From Narcine bancroftii (lineage: Eukaryota), in contig NC_091475.1 in assembly GCF_036971445.1 (NCBI RefSeq), positions 4,340,001 through 4,404,000 of the forward strand: a DNA stretch of 64,000 nt. Reading direction: 5' to 3'. A program made the position numbers and the translations under genes. Position 1 is the stretch's first letter, and each line of letters opens with the position of its first letter. Positions 51,146 to 64,000 of this stretch are shown here, piece after piece. The notes below the pieces were generated by a model, which had not been told where the DNA came from, ran no database searches, and worked only from the letters and a program-made list of their open reading frames with translations.

Positions 51146-52443
51146 CTGCATGAAGGAAAAAATGATTTTCAGATCAACTGTCTCATCCTTTATTACATTT
51201 TTGGGCTAGAGAAGAAAAAAGCGCGACCCACATAAATTGTAGGTTTTGCTATGAGTAAAATTGACTATTAGTGTTGATTAAATGCAAGCTAAATAGCAAA
51301 ATATTGTCAGCGAGGAGTCTTCATTAAGGATAGAATTAAAACATAGACATCGGTTACTGACAGTAACATCTGCATGTAAAAATATTTTTTAAGTAATCAA
51401 CTGTTCTTACTTATAATTCAACGCAAAGTAAATTGCACAAGTTTAATACTTTCTCCACACAATACAAAATGAGTGACAGAAACCTAGATTCACATGAATT
51501 ATTGGAAAATAAAATATTCATCTTCCAAAAGAACTATCGTAAGGAATATCCAAGACCAATTTAGAAAAAGCATTACCTGTAGAAATAATTGTTTGTACAA
51601 CACCAGAACACGACAAATAGAATTTGGGGTAATGGAGTAGGTTTTCTATGCAAAGGCCAATCTCCATTGGCAGCCTCAAAGTTGCACGAATTAATAAACA
51701 TGGTGCTGGCTGGTAGCACATCATTTTCAGACAAAAATGTATATTATCCTTCTTCTGGGGATAATCTAATGGAAAGGTACACCCAGAGTTGAGCATCATT
51801 TTTGATTGAACTCCAACCTCAGACATCTGGTAGGCACTAAACTTGGAGAAGTCCATGAAATCTTTGCAGTTATAGGCATCCAAAGAGATTTTTTGAATTT
51901 AACATAAATAAAATACTGCCAAACGTTTCCTATATGAAACTATAGCAAGAGAGAGAACATTGTGTAGGAAAAGAAAATGAGCAATGAGAACTGGGAGAGC
52001 GTTTCTTAAAGGGAAAATATGCTATTCTTTCCCCATAGAATAATATCCCATTTTATGTTAAATGATGGTGTGATTTCAAGAAAATGACAATTATTTCATA
52101 CAATAGATTTACAACAGGAATTGCATTGCAGGGGGCTCTCACAAAATATGGAATAATTTGCAAGAAATGAGGGCTAAAAGCTCATCATCAAGACACCGAT
52201 TTGCACAATACGAATTGACCTACAAAAAAATCATTCTTCTGACACCATAAGTCAAGCTTTCCTTTCAAGTTTTAATGAAAAAACTTCACTTCTTTTCATT
52301 GTCTTTTTTTAAAGTTGCGAGGTAACAATATTAAACTAACAAGCCAAGGACAGAAGCGATGCACATTTAGCGCAGCAACCTCCCTCACTAACATAGCCCA
52401 ACTTCAAGAAATCAGTCGATGCTGGTCCATCCTATCAACTTAC

Positions 52444-52511
52444 CTCCTTGGCTGTTAAGGCATGTTCTCCCGCTAAGAGCAGCATGCTGAGTCCTCCCAT
52501 TTGAGTGGGAT
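52444..52511 (-). CDS. BBX: BBX coding exon
   Basis: (D)PTQMGGLSMLLLAGEHALTAKE; acceptor tgatag, donor GAG|gtaagt; 68 nt, phase 1 to 0. Confidence 0.95.
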
Positions 52512-54384
52512 CTATCAGTAAGGAGATATATGTATTATTCATTCCCAAAGCAATTCCATTACATAATCTAACTCTACGTTAGACAAAGTTTTACCCAATT
52601 AACAGCTGCAAGTCCATCTGCATACTGCCACCAAGTAAACAAACATGTTTTGTTATATGACATTACTTTGAACAAAAATTTCCTCGCCACTCAGTGCTAA
52701 ATGGATTGAAGGTCAGGATCCACATCTAAGCACATTTACACCCCATTATTCTTCTGAGAAACGGGTGCATGTTCCTAAAGTACAAATGAAGCCTGTAGTA
52801 GAGGGACTGTTTTGTACAGCAGAGATGATACATGATAAGATATATAAATAAAATTTAAAAATCCATATTTATTTTTTATTTAGACATACAACATGTAGCC
52901 CTGTCCTGCCCAATTTACCCCCCATTAACCTACACCCTTCATAAGTTTTGAAAGGTGGTAGGAAACTGGAACCCCCGGAGAAAACCCATGCAGACATAGG
53001 GAGAATGAACAAACTCTGCCCTTGATCTTAGTTAAATAATCATGGCCAGAAAAGAATGTGGAGGAGCGGCACTCAAAGAGGGCAGTTGATATCAAGAGGG
53101 GGAAATGCTTCAAGGCAAATGTGAACAAGCACGATATTCCTCAGACTGCTGTTGCGATAAGGTGCTTTTGAAAATAGCCACGACTCCCCATCAAGAAAAA
53201 GGCCTTAACTGCAACCTGCATGAAAAGGGGACCATCAAAGATGGAATAAGTCGTCCCCTTACTGTCAGACTGTTGATCGCAGCTAGGAAGGGAAGAGACT
53301 ATTTAAATTACATTAGATGTTCACCTTCTGATTATGATCCACCTTGCATTTGAAGCCTGTATGATTTCTTAAGCATGTTTATGTGCTAGAATTATGCAAA
53401 TGCAATATGAATCATGTATTGCATGCCAATTAATGCTTCTCTAGATAGACATGCCATAAGCACAGGAAGCACTCTACCATCTCCCATTGTGTGATGGTGG
53501 AGTTGCTGATCCTATTTGGTCATTGGATTTCACATGGTTTTATTTTGTAAGTCCGATCCTACACAACAGAATTCTAGTCCAAATGCCAAAACAAGCATTG
53601 ATTTCAGATTTTTCTTTCCTCTACCTTGTGTTTAAAATTAGCTTCAGAGTTATCCGAAACCTGATTTTTTAGCTTGACAAACAAACAGAATATTCTCCAA
53701 TAATTATGTTAGTCAATTATTTCCAGCTTGGAATAAAAAAGTCAGGAATTTATTTCAGTGGTGAAGGAAAATTGGGAGGAAAGAGTTTTAATCACGTTTA
53801 TTGCAATGCAGTGTCTGTTACAGACAACCTGAATGCGAATTACGCTAAATTAGTTTAAATGAACGCTTGAGCCGATTTTTAGGTCAGATAGAATTCTAAA
53901 TTTACAACATCATTCAATATTTAAGTAAAGGATGTGCAAGGTTGACTTGTGGCTTTAGCCCTCAGATAACAAGGGGATGAGAGAATCTGGGATACAGAGA
54001 TTACATCTGTAACTAGTACCTCCGTCTGGACTGTTCAGAAAAGAAGCTTGTGAAATTCAACGCATTTAAATTTAATGTAACAGCTTCAAATTTGAAATGT
54101 ATTTCTGCTCATCTCAAGGCCCATATAGCATATGGAGGGCTCATTTCAACTGAAGATGCCAATCTTGCATCTCTGCTGGGCCTTAGCGATATCAGGATGA
54201 GATGCTAAACAAGTTAAATTGGTACAGACTCAGGAAAGCTGGCTAAAGCAAGCCCACATTGTGCCAGGTTGGGAGTTGGGCACTATAACATATGACTGAG
54301 CCCTAAATAGAATGCAAGGACCAAGTTACACTTAAACAGAGAGAGAAGAACTCTAAATGGGGCTAGAACCACACGAGAGGTCAA

Positions 54385-54590
54385 AGAAGCTGGAATCTGG
54401 AGCAACAAACAATCAGCCAGGGAAATTCAGCAGGGTCGAGCAGCATCAGTGGGAGAAAAATAGTTTCTGGTCAGAACGCTTCGTCAAGGTGAGTACTCAG
54501 TCTTGTTGAAGGACTCAAACCCAAAACATTGCCCATTCTTTCTCTCCTATTGATGCTGAGTTTCTCCAACAGGTTTGTTCTTTGCTCTAA
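54385..54590. repeat. Imperfect inverted-repeat element (Penelope-terminus-derived, MITE-like)
   Basis: ggagcaacaaac...cagcatcagtgggagaaaaa pairs with tttctctcctattgatgctg...gtttgttctttgctct; related copies at ~10300-12080 (split by L1), ~17065-17200, ~26660-26770 and ~36310-36520. Confidence 0.55.
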
Positions 54591-54680
54591 ATGGGACTAT
54601 TGTGTTAAAACAACAATTTCCCAATTGTTAGGCTCTAAAATAAGAACAAATGCCTTTTCACCATCGACAAGAATATCTAC

Positions 54681-54879
54681 CTGCCATGGCAAAGTTGATT
54701 TGTGGCATCTCCTCGGTCTTTACCACCCTTTTGATAATGGGAAAGTCCTTTGATGGTTCTGTTGGAAACGTCCAAAGCTTTTTCCTTGTTGTGACAGTAG
54801 GAGACGGACTCTTCAATGGTTTGTTTGTTGTTGGACACCACTTGTAACCAGGGTTGGCTTTCAGAAAAGCATCCTTATA
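54681..54879 (-). CDS. BBX: BBX coding exon (end of HMG box; first BBX exon inside window)
   Basis: YKDAFLKANPGYKWCPTTNKPLKSPSPTVTTRKKLWTFP...EEMPQINFAMA matches vertebrate BBX as recalled; acceptor ttttctcag, donor G|gtagat; 199 nt, phase 0 to 1. The upstream HMG exons lie outside the window or were not found. Confidence 0.95.
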
Positions 54880-55094
54880 CTGAGAAAAAGCAACAGTAGG
54901 ATCATTGATAAGGAACAATCCAATACCTTGTTAAACCTACCACCACCTTACTGATGCAACCAATCATCCGAAAAATGGAAAATAATCCCAATTAACGTGA
55001 CAGACTCTGTTCACAAGTTTCAAAAAGCATACAAATAAAATGGCTGTTCATCAGAAACTCAGTTCTTCCCTTTGAAAGAAGCCCGACAGAGTTG

Positions 55095-56340
55095 TTGAGT
55101 AACAGAGCACAGAACAAGCCCCTTGGCCAAACTCGTCCATGACAACCAAGCTGCCATTCTGGGCTAGTCCGATTTGGTCCATATCCTTCTAAGCTCTTCC
55201 TATCCACATTTTTGCCCAAATGTCTTTTCAACATTGTAGATTTACCCACTTCTCTAGTTTTCTCTGGCTGCTCATTCCTAATATGCAGTACACTGAATGA
55301 AAACGTTGCCCCAACTAATCTCGATTCTGTTGTAAACTTGGATATCCTTCCTCACAAGGATATACAAGCAGATGTAGGCCCATCAAGTCTGCTCCATTAT
55401 TCTGAGCTGATTCATTCTCCCACTCAGGCCCACTCCCTGGCCTTCTCCCTGTAACCCATGATGCCCTGACTAATCAAATACCTATCCATCTCTGTCTTAA
55501 ATACACCCAATGACCTCGCTTCTATAGCCGCCTGTGGCTATAGACTCATGGCCCTATGACTAAAGAAATTTTGACGTCCTTTTATCCTGAAGTTGTGCCC
55601 TTTTGTCCTAGAATCCTCTACCATGGGAAACAACCTGGCCACATCTATTCTGTCCAGGCTTTTCACCATTTTAAATGTCACCATGAGGTCCCTCCTCATC
55701 CTTTTGTACTCCAACGAGTACAATCCAAGAGCCGACAAATCTTCCTCGTGTTAACCCTTTTATTCCTGATATAATTCTAGTAAATCTTCTCTGAACCCTC
55801 ACCAATGCCAGCACATCTTTTCTCAAATGAAGTGCCCAAAACTGTCCACAATACTTCAAGTGAGGTCTTGTCAGTGCCCAAGAGAGCCTCAACATTACAT
55901 CCCTGCTCAGATGTTATTCCTCTAGAAATGAATGCCAACATTGAATTCGCCTTCACCACTGACTCAACTTGGATGTGATTCTTTAGAGTAACCTGCACGA
56001 GGACTCCCAGGTCCCTTTGCACCTTTGAATCTTGAATTTTCTCCCCATTTAAATAATAGTTTGTCCATCTATTTCTTCGACCAAAGTGTAGACTTTCCAA
56101 CACTGTAATTCATCTGCCACCTCTTTACCCATTCTCCTCATCTATCCCAGTCCCTCTGCAGCCTTTCCGTATCCTCAGTACCACCCCATCCTCCCTTAAC
56201 TCCACCAATTTTGGTGTCATTTGCAAACTTACTGATCAAGTTAATACATTGCCATTTAAATCGTTAATATACATAAAAAACAATAGTGGACCCAACAGTG
56301 ACCTCTGTGGCACATGGCGGGTCACAGGCCTCCAATCAGA
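55095..56340 (-). mobile_element. CR1 fragments
   Basis: QRDLGVLV, RPHLKYCGQFWA, LGLYSLEYKRMRRDL. Confidence 0.8.
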
Positions 56341-56844
56341 AAACACTTGCTGAAAAATTTCATATTTATAATTTTCATTGGAGCAAGCATAAATTTTTGA
56401 TCTATTTGCAACAATTTAACATGCAATCTAGGTGAGTTAAATGAGCATTTTAGTTGTAGAGTTATCTGTGTGATCAAAGTTGAGAGACGTATCCTGGTTC
56501 CAATTCACAACAACACGGGTACAATATGAAAATCTGTAGACACCGTGGTTGAAGTAAAAACACTATATATATCTGAAGCTATCAATTCAATATTAAAGGA
56601 TATCAAGGACAATTGTAAATTTGGTGATGCAATCTGAAGAAAAAAAAAAATCAGTTTCTTGCCTCTAACCAGTGACATTTTCTAATTTAGTCGAAAACAG
56701 AAATAAGGCAAGATTACCGTTGATCATAATCTCCCTGATCCAGCAGCCCACTCTCACTCATTGTCCAAGACCAAGTGACCAATGGTCACAGGGGAAAATT
56801 ACCAAGTGGACCGGTGCTTAGGATGAAAATTGAAGAATTTCAAT

Positions 56845-57090
56845 TTTAGAAATACAGCACAGTAACAGGCCGTTTCGGCCCACGAGTCTTGCTGCCCGAT
56901 TTACACCCAATTAACCTACACCCCTGGTAAGTTTTGAACAGTGATAGGAAACCAGAGCCCCCATGGAAAGCCAACACAGATATAGGGAGAACATACAAAC
57001 TCCTTACAGACAGCATGTGATTCGAACCCAGGTCCCGATCACTGACACTGTAAAGAGATTGTGCTAACTGCTACACCAACCATGCCACCC
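56845..57090 (-). mobile_element. tRNA-derived SINE, full length
   Basis: Minus-strand head GGGTGGCATGGTTGGTGTAGCAGTTAG (A-box-like) and GGTTCGAATC (B box); CR1-like 3' tail. Confidence 0.8.
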
Positions 57091-57649
57091 TATACTCTTA
57101 GGTAACTAAAGAAAATGGTTTTACTCAATTAGATTTCTTGATTTCCCCCTCTCTCTCTCTTATAATGATGGCCTCTCATTTTTCTGTTCCCTAAAAGTGG
57201 AAATATTCTCTCTGCATCCACACTAGCAGAACATTTCTTAATTTCAAAGATGACTATTAAGACACCTTAGCTTTGTTTTCTCAAGGGAAGCCCACATTCA
57301 CACAGCCTCCCTTCCCCCACTTCTGCCCACCCCTACCCCTCCCCGACCACCATGGTCTCTCCTTCACTGATCATCATCTCATTCTTCTTCTGGCAATCTC
57401 ACTGCTTTCTTTCTCCACCATGGGCCCACTAACCAACTGGCCATTGATGCCTGCCCTTCCATCATATCCATATACAAGACACAGCAAACTAAAATTGGCA
57501 TGGATGCCAATGGGGCCACGATGTTAACATCAACATGATTCTGGAAACTGAAACCGTACCACTGGTTATGGCGTAATCGAATAAACATTTGAATGTCATC
57601 ATGTCAAAAGTATATTATTTAAGATGTCAAGCGCAGCCTACCAATAAAT

Positions 57650-58280
57650 TTAATTTTTTCTTTAAAATATTTTAATTTGATAGAGAAATATTACATGAAC
57701 ATATTGCTTAGATATTAATTAATTATAACTTTTATATAATGCAATACAGAATGAGTCGTATATAAATTATAGATGGTCTATCACATTCTTGAAAAAAATG
57801 AAAAATCCTTGGAGAATTTCACATACATTGTGATTTTCTAAATAGACCAATCTCTTCTAGTTGTAAAATACACAAAAGAAAAAAAGGAAAAAACCCCAAC
57901 CCCCACCACACTAATCTAACCCCTCCCTCTAAACACAGTCACCAGCAAATAGACTGGAAAGAATCGAGTATCAGACAGAAAACTCCCAGAGCAGCCCTGC
58001 CTAAGTCATCAAATTATGATCAGAGTCCATGAATGGGCCCCATATTTTGTCACATTCAACCTTGATCCTTTTAACATTAGATCCAATTTTCTCCAAACTC
58101 AAGCAAGGCACAACAATGACTGCATACGAGTTTCCGCTCTGCTGTCTTTCCATCCGATCAAACTTGCTTGTCTGGCCATCATCGAGTTAAAAGCTACTAT
58201 TCCTTTTTTAGTCAAAGTCAAGGAAATCCTCTCTTCTAGAGAAGAACCAAACAAAGCAAATGAAAGGACACTGTTGTAAT
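57650..58280 (-). mobile_element. L1 3'-end fragment
   Basis: Degenerate ORF2 C-terminus (LEKIGSNVKRIK..CDKIWGPFMD) and a G/T-rich 3' UTR on minus. Confidence 0.6.
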
Positions 58281-58939
58281 TTAATCCGAAAAATGGGACA
58301 GAGTTATAAATTTAACTTTAATTTTAAATCAAGGGTATAGAGCCTCAAGATAAATAAATAGATGCACATAAATATTTTAAAAAATAAACAAATTTCTAGA
58401 AATGAAACATCCACCACTTGCCTTTTATAAATAAAATAAATAGATAGATAAAATGCCCAAATATTTTAGAGAAATAAATTCCTACAGATTCCTCTAGCTA
58501 CAATCACTTAATATGATATTGTAATATTGCTGAACATTTCCCTCTCATTACTGGTTTTTAATAAAACAAGTCATCTTAATATTGAGGGCTCACAAATACT
58601 TGAACAACATCGCTGCAGACTCGATCCAAACATCTGTATATTTTAAGTGAAATACTTATTTAAATTCCATGTACTGGGATAAATATTGGTGACTTGAAGA
58701 AGTGTATCTAATCAGCCAATCCTTTATAGCATACAGGAGCAGGCTTTGTTGGTGATAAAGGCAGGCAGCTAGCATGTCAACTTGGAATTGCCTAAATATC
58801 CTCACAGAGCCCATTCGATGCTCTTGCCCAGAGGGCATGGAGACACTTCACATCTTATTAAATAATCGTTTAACAGTTGAAAGCCTATAAAATTAGCAAA
58901 CAACTAGTTGCCATACAACTCAATTCTGCCCTAAATCTA

Positions 58940-59310
58940 TTTCCCTGAATCTTGAGATGATGTCCCCTCTGGTCTCCTCACCAATGGAAACAATTTACCT
59001 GCCTCTATCTTATCCAAGTCTTTCATAATTTTAGATATTTCTATAAGATCCCCTCTCCTTCTTCTAAATTCCAGAGTACAGCCCCACATGGCTCGATCTC
59101 TCATCATCGGCGAACCCCCTCATCTCTGGAATTAACCTGGGAAACCTCCTCTGCACCACCTCCAAAGTCAGTACATCCTTCTTCAAGCACAGAAACCAGA
59201 ATTGCATGATGCAACCTCACCAGTACCTTGTACAGTTGCAGCATAACCTCCCTGCTCCCAAATTCAATCCCTCTCGTAATGAAGGCCAATATTCCATTTG
59301 CCTTTGATAG
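58940..59310 (-). mobile_element. CR1 fragment
   Basis: KANGILAFITRGIEFGSREVMLQLYKVLVR. Confidence 0.8.
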
Positions 59311-59876
59311 CATGCTGCACCAGAAAACCAACCTTTTGCAGTGATGTCAACAACAATCCCACTGATATAATAAACAAGGCACACTGCATGCAACAATATG
59401 GACAATTGTCTAATGAGGTTTTGCTAGTTTCTTCAGGAGTCATATGTCCAGACATATCCAAACACTAGCCAAAGTAGGACAGGAATCCACATTTACACTT
59501 TACCCAATCAGTCAAAAGTAGAATTTATTTAATTCAAATACTTTAAGCAGAAGACCTTTCCCCAATCACCATGGAAATAGTTTTAATTATCACAAGTAAT
59601 ATGCATCAATCCACAAATGAAAAATTGTTAAAGAAGGCCTTCAAGACAACATAAAAGCTATAATTCTGACAATCAAGTAACTGCAAGCGTGCAATTATAA
59701 ATGTGAAAATTTCAATTAATGCAATAAAATGTCATTTTGAAACTTACCAATAATCAACACCAAATTATCATCTGAAATTCAAGATAATCAGTTGTTTCTC
59801 AGTCTGGCCGCTTGGTGGCGTGCCCTCATTGTTCCTAGATATGGTGCAGCCAAATTCAGCTCAAGTTGAAATACAG

Positions 59877-62504
59877 TGTAGACAGCTGCTGCCATTGGCC
59901 TGCTCTGCACCCGCAACCGTACTCGCAACAGTGCGCTGCGCATGCTTGAGCACCTCCAGGGCGCGTTAGTTGAATTGAGAACTATGAGGAAGCAGATGCC
60001 ACGTTGTGTGTGCTCTCTCCCCCTACCCTGTTTATCATGTTTGGTTGTGTTCAGTAAAGTCTTTCATTTGGTTTATCTCACCCGCTGACTCGACTCGTTA
60101 TTAAGCACACCATAACGAACATGGTGTCAGAAGTGGGATCAGAAGCGTTCCAAGCCTGAAGCCTTTCAATCACAAATAGGTCTCAGTGAGTAACCACAAC
60201 CACGGTCGCCTTAATGGTGGTCAGATTCAGGTGGCCCGACCCACTTGTGTTTGATGGAAATGTGGCAGAAAACTGGCATATCTTTGAACAGAAATATGAC
60301 ATATTGATAGCGGCAGCACACAGCGACAAGCCTGCCCGTACCAGAGCGCACATTCTGTTAAATTTGGGGAGCCTGGAAGCCACTGAGTCAAGAGAGGACC
60401 CCAAATGTTTGAAACATAAATTTAGAAAAATGTGCAACCCTCAGAGAAATATGACAATGGAAAGGCACAAATTGAACATGAGAGACCAAAAGCCTGGAGA
60501 GTCGATACACTCATATGTCAGTGATTTAAAAACCAGGGTGAAAATCTGCAATTTCGGTACGCTTTGTGATGAACGAATTAAAGACAGAATGGTCTGTGGC
60601 ATTTGTGACAATAATATGTGGAAGGTACTCCTGCGAGACAGCAAGTTGACACTAGAAAGGGGCAACACAACATGTTTGGCGTATAAAACTACCGAGGTAA
60701 ACAGTAAAAGGCGAGGCTCTCCACAACAGTAGGACACAAGCATCAATGCGATACAGGCAGGATGGGCGAGTAGACAGTGGCTGGAGGTTAGAAGGAAGAG
60801 CTAGCCAAGCCAGCCAGGCCACCTCACATGATGCAGCAGTTGTGGAGGAGACCATATACCGAGAAGGGAGACGTGCCCAGCGTTCGGTCAGCAGAGCAGG
60901 AATTGCGGCAAATGGAACTACTTCAGCAGATGCTGCAGATCCAGCCAGCAGACCACCGCACGGACCAGACCCAGGAGGCCCATTGACCATTTGGAACTGG
61001 ATCGAAGAGGGAGGGACCCCGACGATGAGTACTACGTCCATAGGCTGACCATGAGGACGCAAGGCAACCCAGATCAGAGGTAACAACGAGGCTTTCATGT
61101 CCATGGAAGTCAATGGCAATACGGCTGAGATGAAAGTCAACACCGGGGCCAAATGCAATGTCATGTCACTGGGAACATTCAACCGGCTGAAAAATACAGA
61201 ACAAGTCAAACCATGCAGCAAAGCCACGAGCTTATGGAGGCAGCAGAATCCACACCAGCGGCACGGCATGGCTGTGGTGTTTCGTTCAATGACGGCTCCA
61301 CATACTAACCTTCTTCGTGGTCCATGGGGATGTCATGCCTCTGCTAGGCCTCAGTGCGTGCATGGACAAGGGCTTGTCTCATTCAGCACTGAGGTTCATC
61401 AGATAAGCCCATCTGAGGACGATTTCTCATAGAAATTTTTTTTCTGAGTGCAGTGAACTTTCCAAAGATGAGCTGGAAGGATGCCGGTGACATACTCCAT
61501 GCGACTTGACCCAGACGTAAGACCAGCTGGCACATCGCATTCCAGTAGCAATGAAGGATAAAGTCAAGGCTGAGCTGGACAGAATGCAGGACTTGGACAT
61601 CATCACTCCAGTCTCAGAGCCAACTAAATGGGTGGTCTTCATGGTGGCCACCAAGAGAAAAGATGGATGGGAGATCCGAATTTGCAAAAATTCACGAGAG
61701 CTCAAGGAAGCCCTGAAAAGACCACATCACCCCATGATCACCGTGGAGGAAGTTGCCTCACAGATGGCCAGCACAATGGTTAACGTCAAGGCAGAACAGG
61801 AATACCCTACTACCCGATCAGTGGCAAGGAAACTTATGGAGTTATGACAAAACCAGCCGGCCGCTCATCCCACTAACCGAAGGGCGAGTCGTAAGGATGC
61901 AGACTCCACAAGGTTACGACTGCCCGGGTATAGTGGAAATGGACTGCTAGGAACCCAGGTCATACCTGGTTCGTTCAGGGGGGGGAGAAGATTTACAGGA
62001 GGAACAGATGACACATCCTCCCAGTAAGAGAGCCACCCCACCATCTCAAAATGACCCAGACAAATCGGCATTTTTGGGATTTGGATCATGAGCCCCCCCA
62101 GAAACTATAGGAGAAGAGCTGGACATTGTCCCCGAGTCTGTGGACAGTAGAGACAATCAGGACAAGGTGCCCCAAGCCTCCACATCAGCAGAGGGCTATT
62201 ACAAAACGCACGCTAGGCATCTGTGGAAGCCAAACCCAAAACACTGGGACTGAATTGGGTTGAATGTATATATTGCTGCACTAGTGTAAGTTATTCATGT
62301 TCTCTGTATCATGCGAAGGGTAGCTCAAGAAAGAGGATGTACACAGCTGCTGCCATCGGCTGCTCTGCATCCGATGCAATTGCATTGCAGCCACTGTACT
62401 CGCAACCATGAGGGCGCGTTAGTTGAATTGAGAACGAACAGGGAACAGACACACACTGGCTCTCTCTCTCTCTCGCTACCCTGCTTATCATGTTTGGTTG
62501 TGTT
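59877..62504 (+). mobile_element. Gypsy LTR retrotransposon, internally deleted and degenerate
   Basis: 5' LTR 59877-60121 (TG...CA); PBS TGGTGTCAGAAGTGGGAT at 60122-60139; gag 60214-60732; protease remnant VNTGAKCNVM; RT start ELDRMQDLDIITPVSEPTKWV; PPT AAGAAAGAGGA 62327-62337; truncated 3' LTR 62338-62504. Confidence 0.9.
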
Positions 62505-62809
62505 AGAGCTCTTTGCTGAAATGATGGAAGGATTTGAGGATTAATATAGTTGATACGAATTTTCAAAATGCTGTTCTGTCTGAAAAAATTCCAGGTAATA
62601 GATTTGTTGGCAATATCATACAAGTCAAATCAAGGGTACAGGACCAACATAGTAACATATCTGGCCAGAAGGCAAAATCAAGGATAGAAGGAAAGAGCTA
62701 TTTTTCAGAAGACAGGGAATCCTTATCCCCAGAGGTCAGCATGGATCATACGTACTGCAAGAAATATAATGACAGTTTGTATAGACCCAGGGGGCACCTT
62801 CCCCCACAC

Positions 62810-63000
62810 ACACAGTGGGTGGTAGATAAATGGAATGAGCTGCCAGAGGAAGTGGTAGAGATGGACAAAATTGCAACATTAAAAAAAACACTTAGATACA
62901 TGGATAGGAAAGGTTGAGAGGGATATGGGCCCATTACAGGCATATGGGACTAGCTTTGGCAGACATCTCAGTCAGCAGGGACAAGTTGAGCCAATGGGGC
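62810..63000 (+). mobile_element. CR1 3'-end fragment
   Basis: WNELPEEVVEMDKIATLKKTLRYMDRKG. Confidence 0.75.
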
Positions 63001-64000
63001 TCTTAAAGTGGTATATCTCTACCACTTTCAGATATCACAGATATGACTACGATAAAACGACACAAGCTTGACAGTTTACATTGTACTGCTTTCTCGGTTT
63101 CATTAAAGTTCCCCATATTTAATAGTTGTTTTATACTCCCAGTTAAGAGGCGAATAAAGGTGCTGGGGCCCAGTTATTATAATGGAAATACACTTTATAT
63201 TCTGAGATAGATATATTATAAATTCAAAGTGCCCCAGCCAGCTGACAGCCCTGGATGGTGCAGTAAATCAAGTAGAAAGCAGTCTTTACTTGGAGCAGCC
63301 CTTCTCCTCTTCTTCAGTTGCTCATTTACCTCAACAAAACTACCTACATGGGAGCAAGTAGCATGATACAGAAAGTAAAAATGAAAACAAAGATGCCTGC
63401 AGGTTCATCCAACTCATAGGGGCACAAGAAATAGATGCAGAAGTGAGCCATGTGGCTCCTTATACCGTCTTCACCATTCAAAATGTCCATGGATGATCTT
63501 TTTTCCTTCGAACCTCTTTTTCCTAATCTGGGTATGAGGAAAACAGTGGTGGACAGCGTTTTCAAATGGTAGGCAAGTGCACAGTAGTGTTTTTCACAGA
63601 TCAGCACTGGTTCTGAATACTTCATTCCTTCAATATTTAAAAATCAATCACTCTTCTCTCAATTATAGGTCAGCAGTCAAGTGCTCACAGCTTTCTTGGG
63701 CATTCAAGATTCATGAAGAAATTATTTTTATCTTTCTCCTCAATGGTTTACATCTTTATTTTGAGGCATTGAACTCACCTCCCCCCCCCACCCCCACCAA
63801 CATTTCCAGAAACATCAACTCCTTACAAGCCCCTGAAGTCTTTTGCATAATTTCAATGAGATCACCTCTTATATTTTTGTACTCTTGAGAGTATTAACCT
63901 AGTCTGAAAAGTCTCCTCTCATTTAAGAAATCTCCAATCTCAGGAATCAATCTAATAAATCTTCACAATTCTAAGCCCAGATATAAGGGAGACCTGTACG

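Noticed and set aside
51518-51883. 121-aa ORF on the BBX strand as an extra exon
   Set aside because: No similarity to BBX as recalled, and the flanking exons already join in frame.
56990-57090. tRNA gene
   Set aside because: The A/B boxes belong to a SINE head that continues into a multi-copy SINE body; no convincing cloverleaf.
63240-63625. Upstream BBX HMG-box exon
   Set aside because: No RRPMNAF-type or N-terminal BBX peptide was recognised here.

Overview
Eukaryotic (vertebrate) genomic DNA, not prokaryotic. The repeat content (CR1, RTE, L1, Rex/Babar, Penelope-derived hairpins, tRNA-headed SINEs) suggests a cartilaginous fish, probably a ray (inference). The window holds the 3' three-quarters of BBX (HMG-box transcription factor) on the minus strand as nine coding exons from 54879 down to the stop at 25961. 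All have canonical AG/GT sites and consistent phases, and they are followed by a probable ~7.8 kb, almost transposon-free 3' UTR. Downstream on the same strand is an isolated immunoglobulin C1-set exon (6788-7093) with an in-frame stop. One BBX intron contains a 4.15 kb minisatellite of 143 x 29 bp with a 17-unit higher-order duplication; its transcribed strand carries an ACUAAC (branch point / QKI / SF1-type) motif in nearly every unit. The rest is nested transposon debris, including a young RTE with a target-site duplication (TSD), an L1 with an inverted 5' end, composite hAT MITEs, a Tigger-like element and two Gypsy remnants. There is one assembly gap (20031-20185). No CRISPR, rRNA or true tRNA gene was seen. 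All calls come from reading the sequence plus recalled family knowledge; no searches were run.
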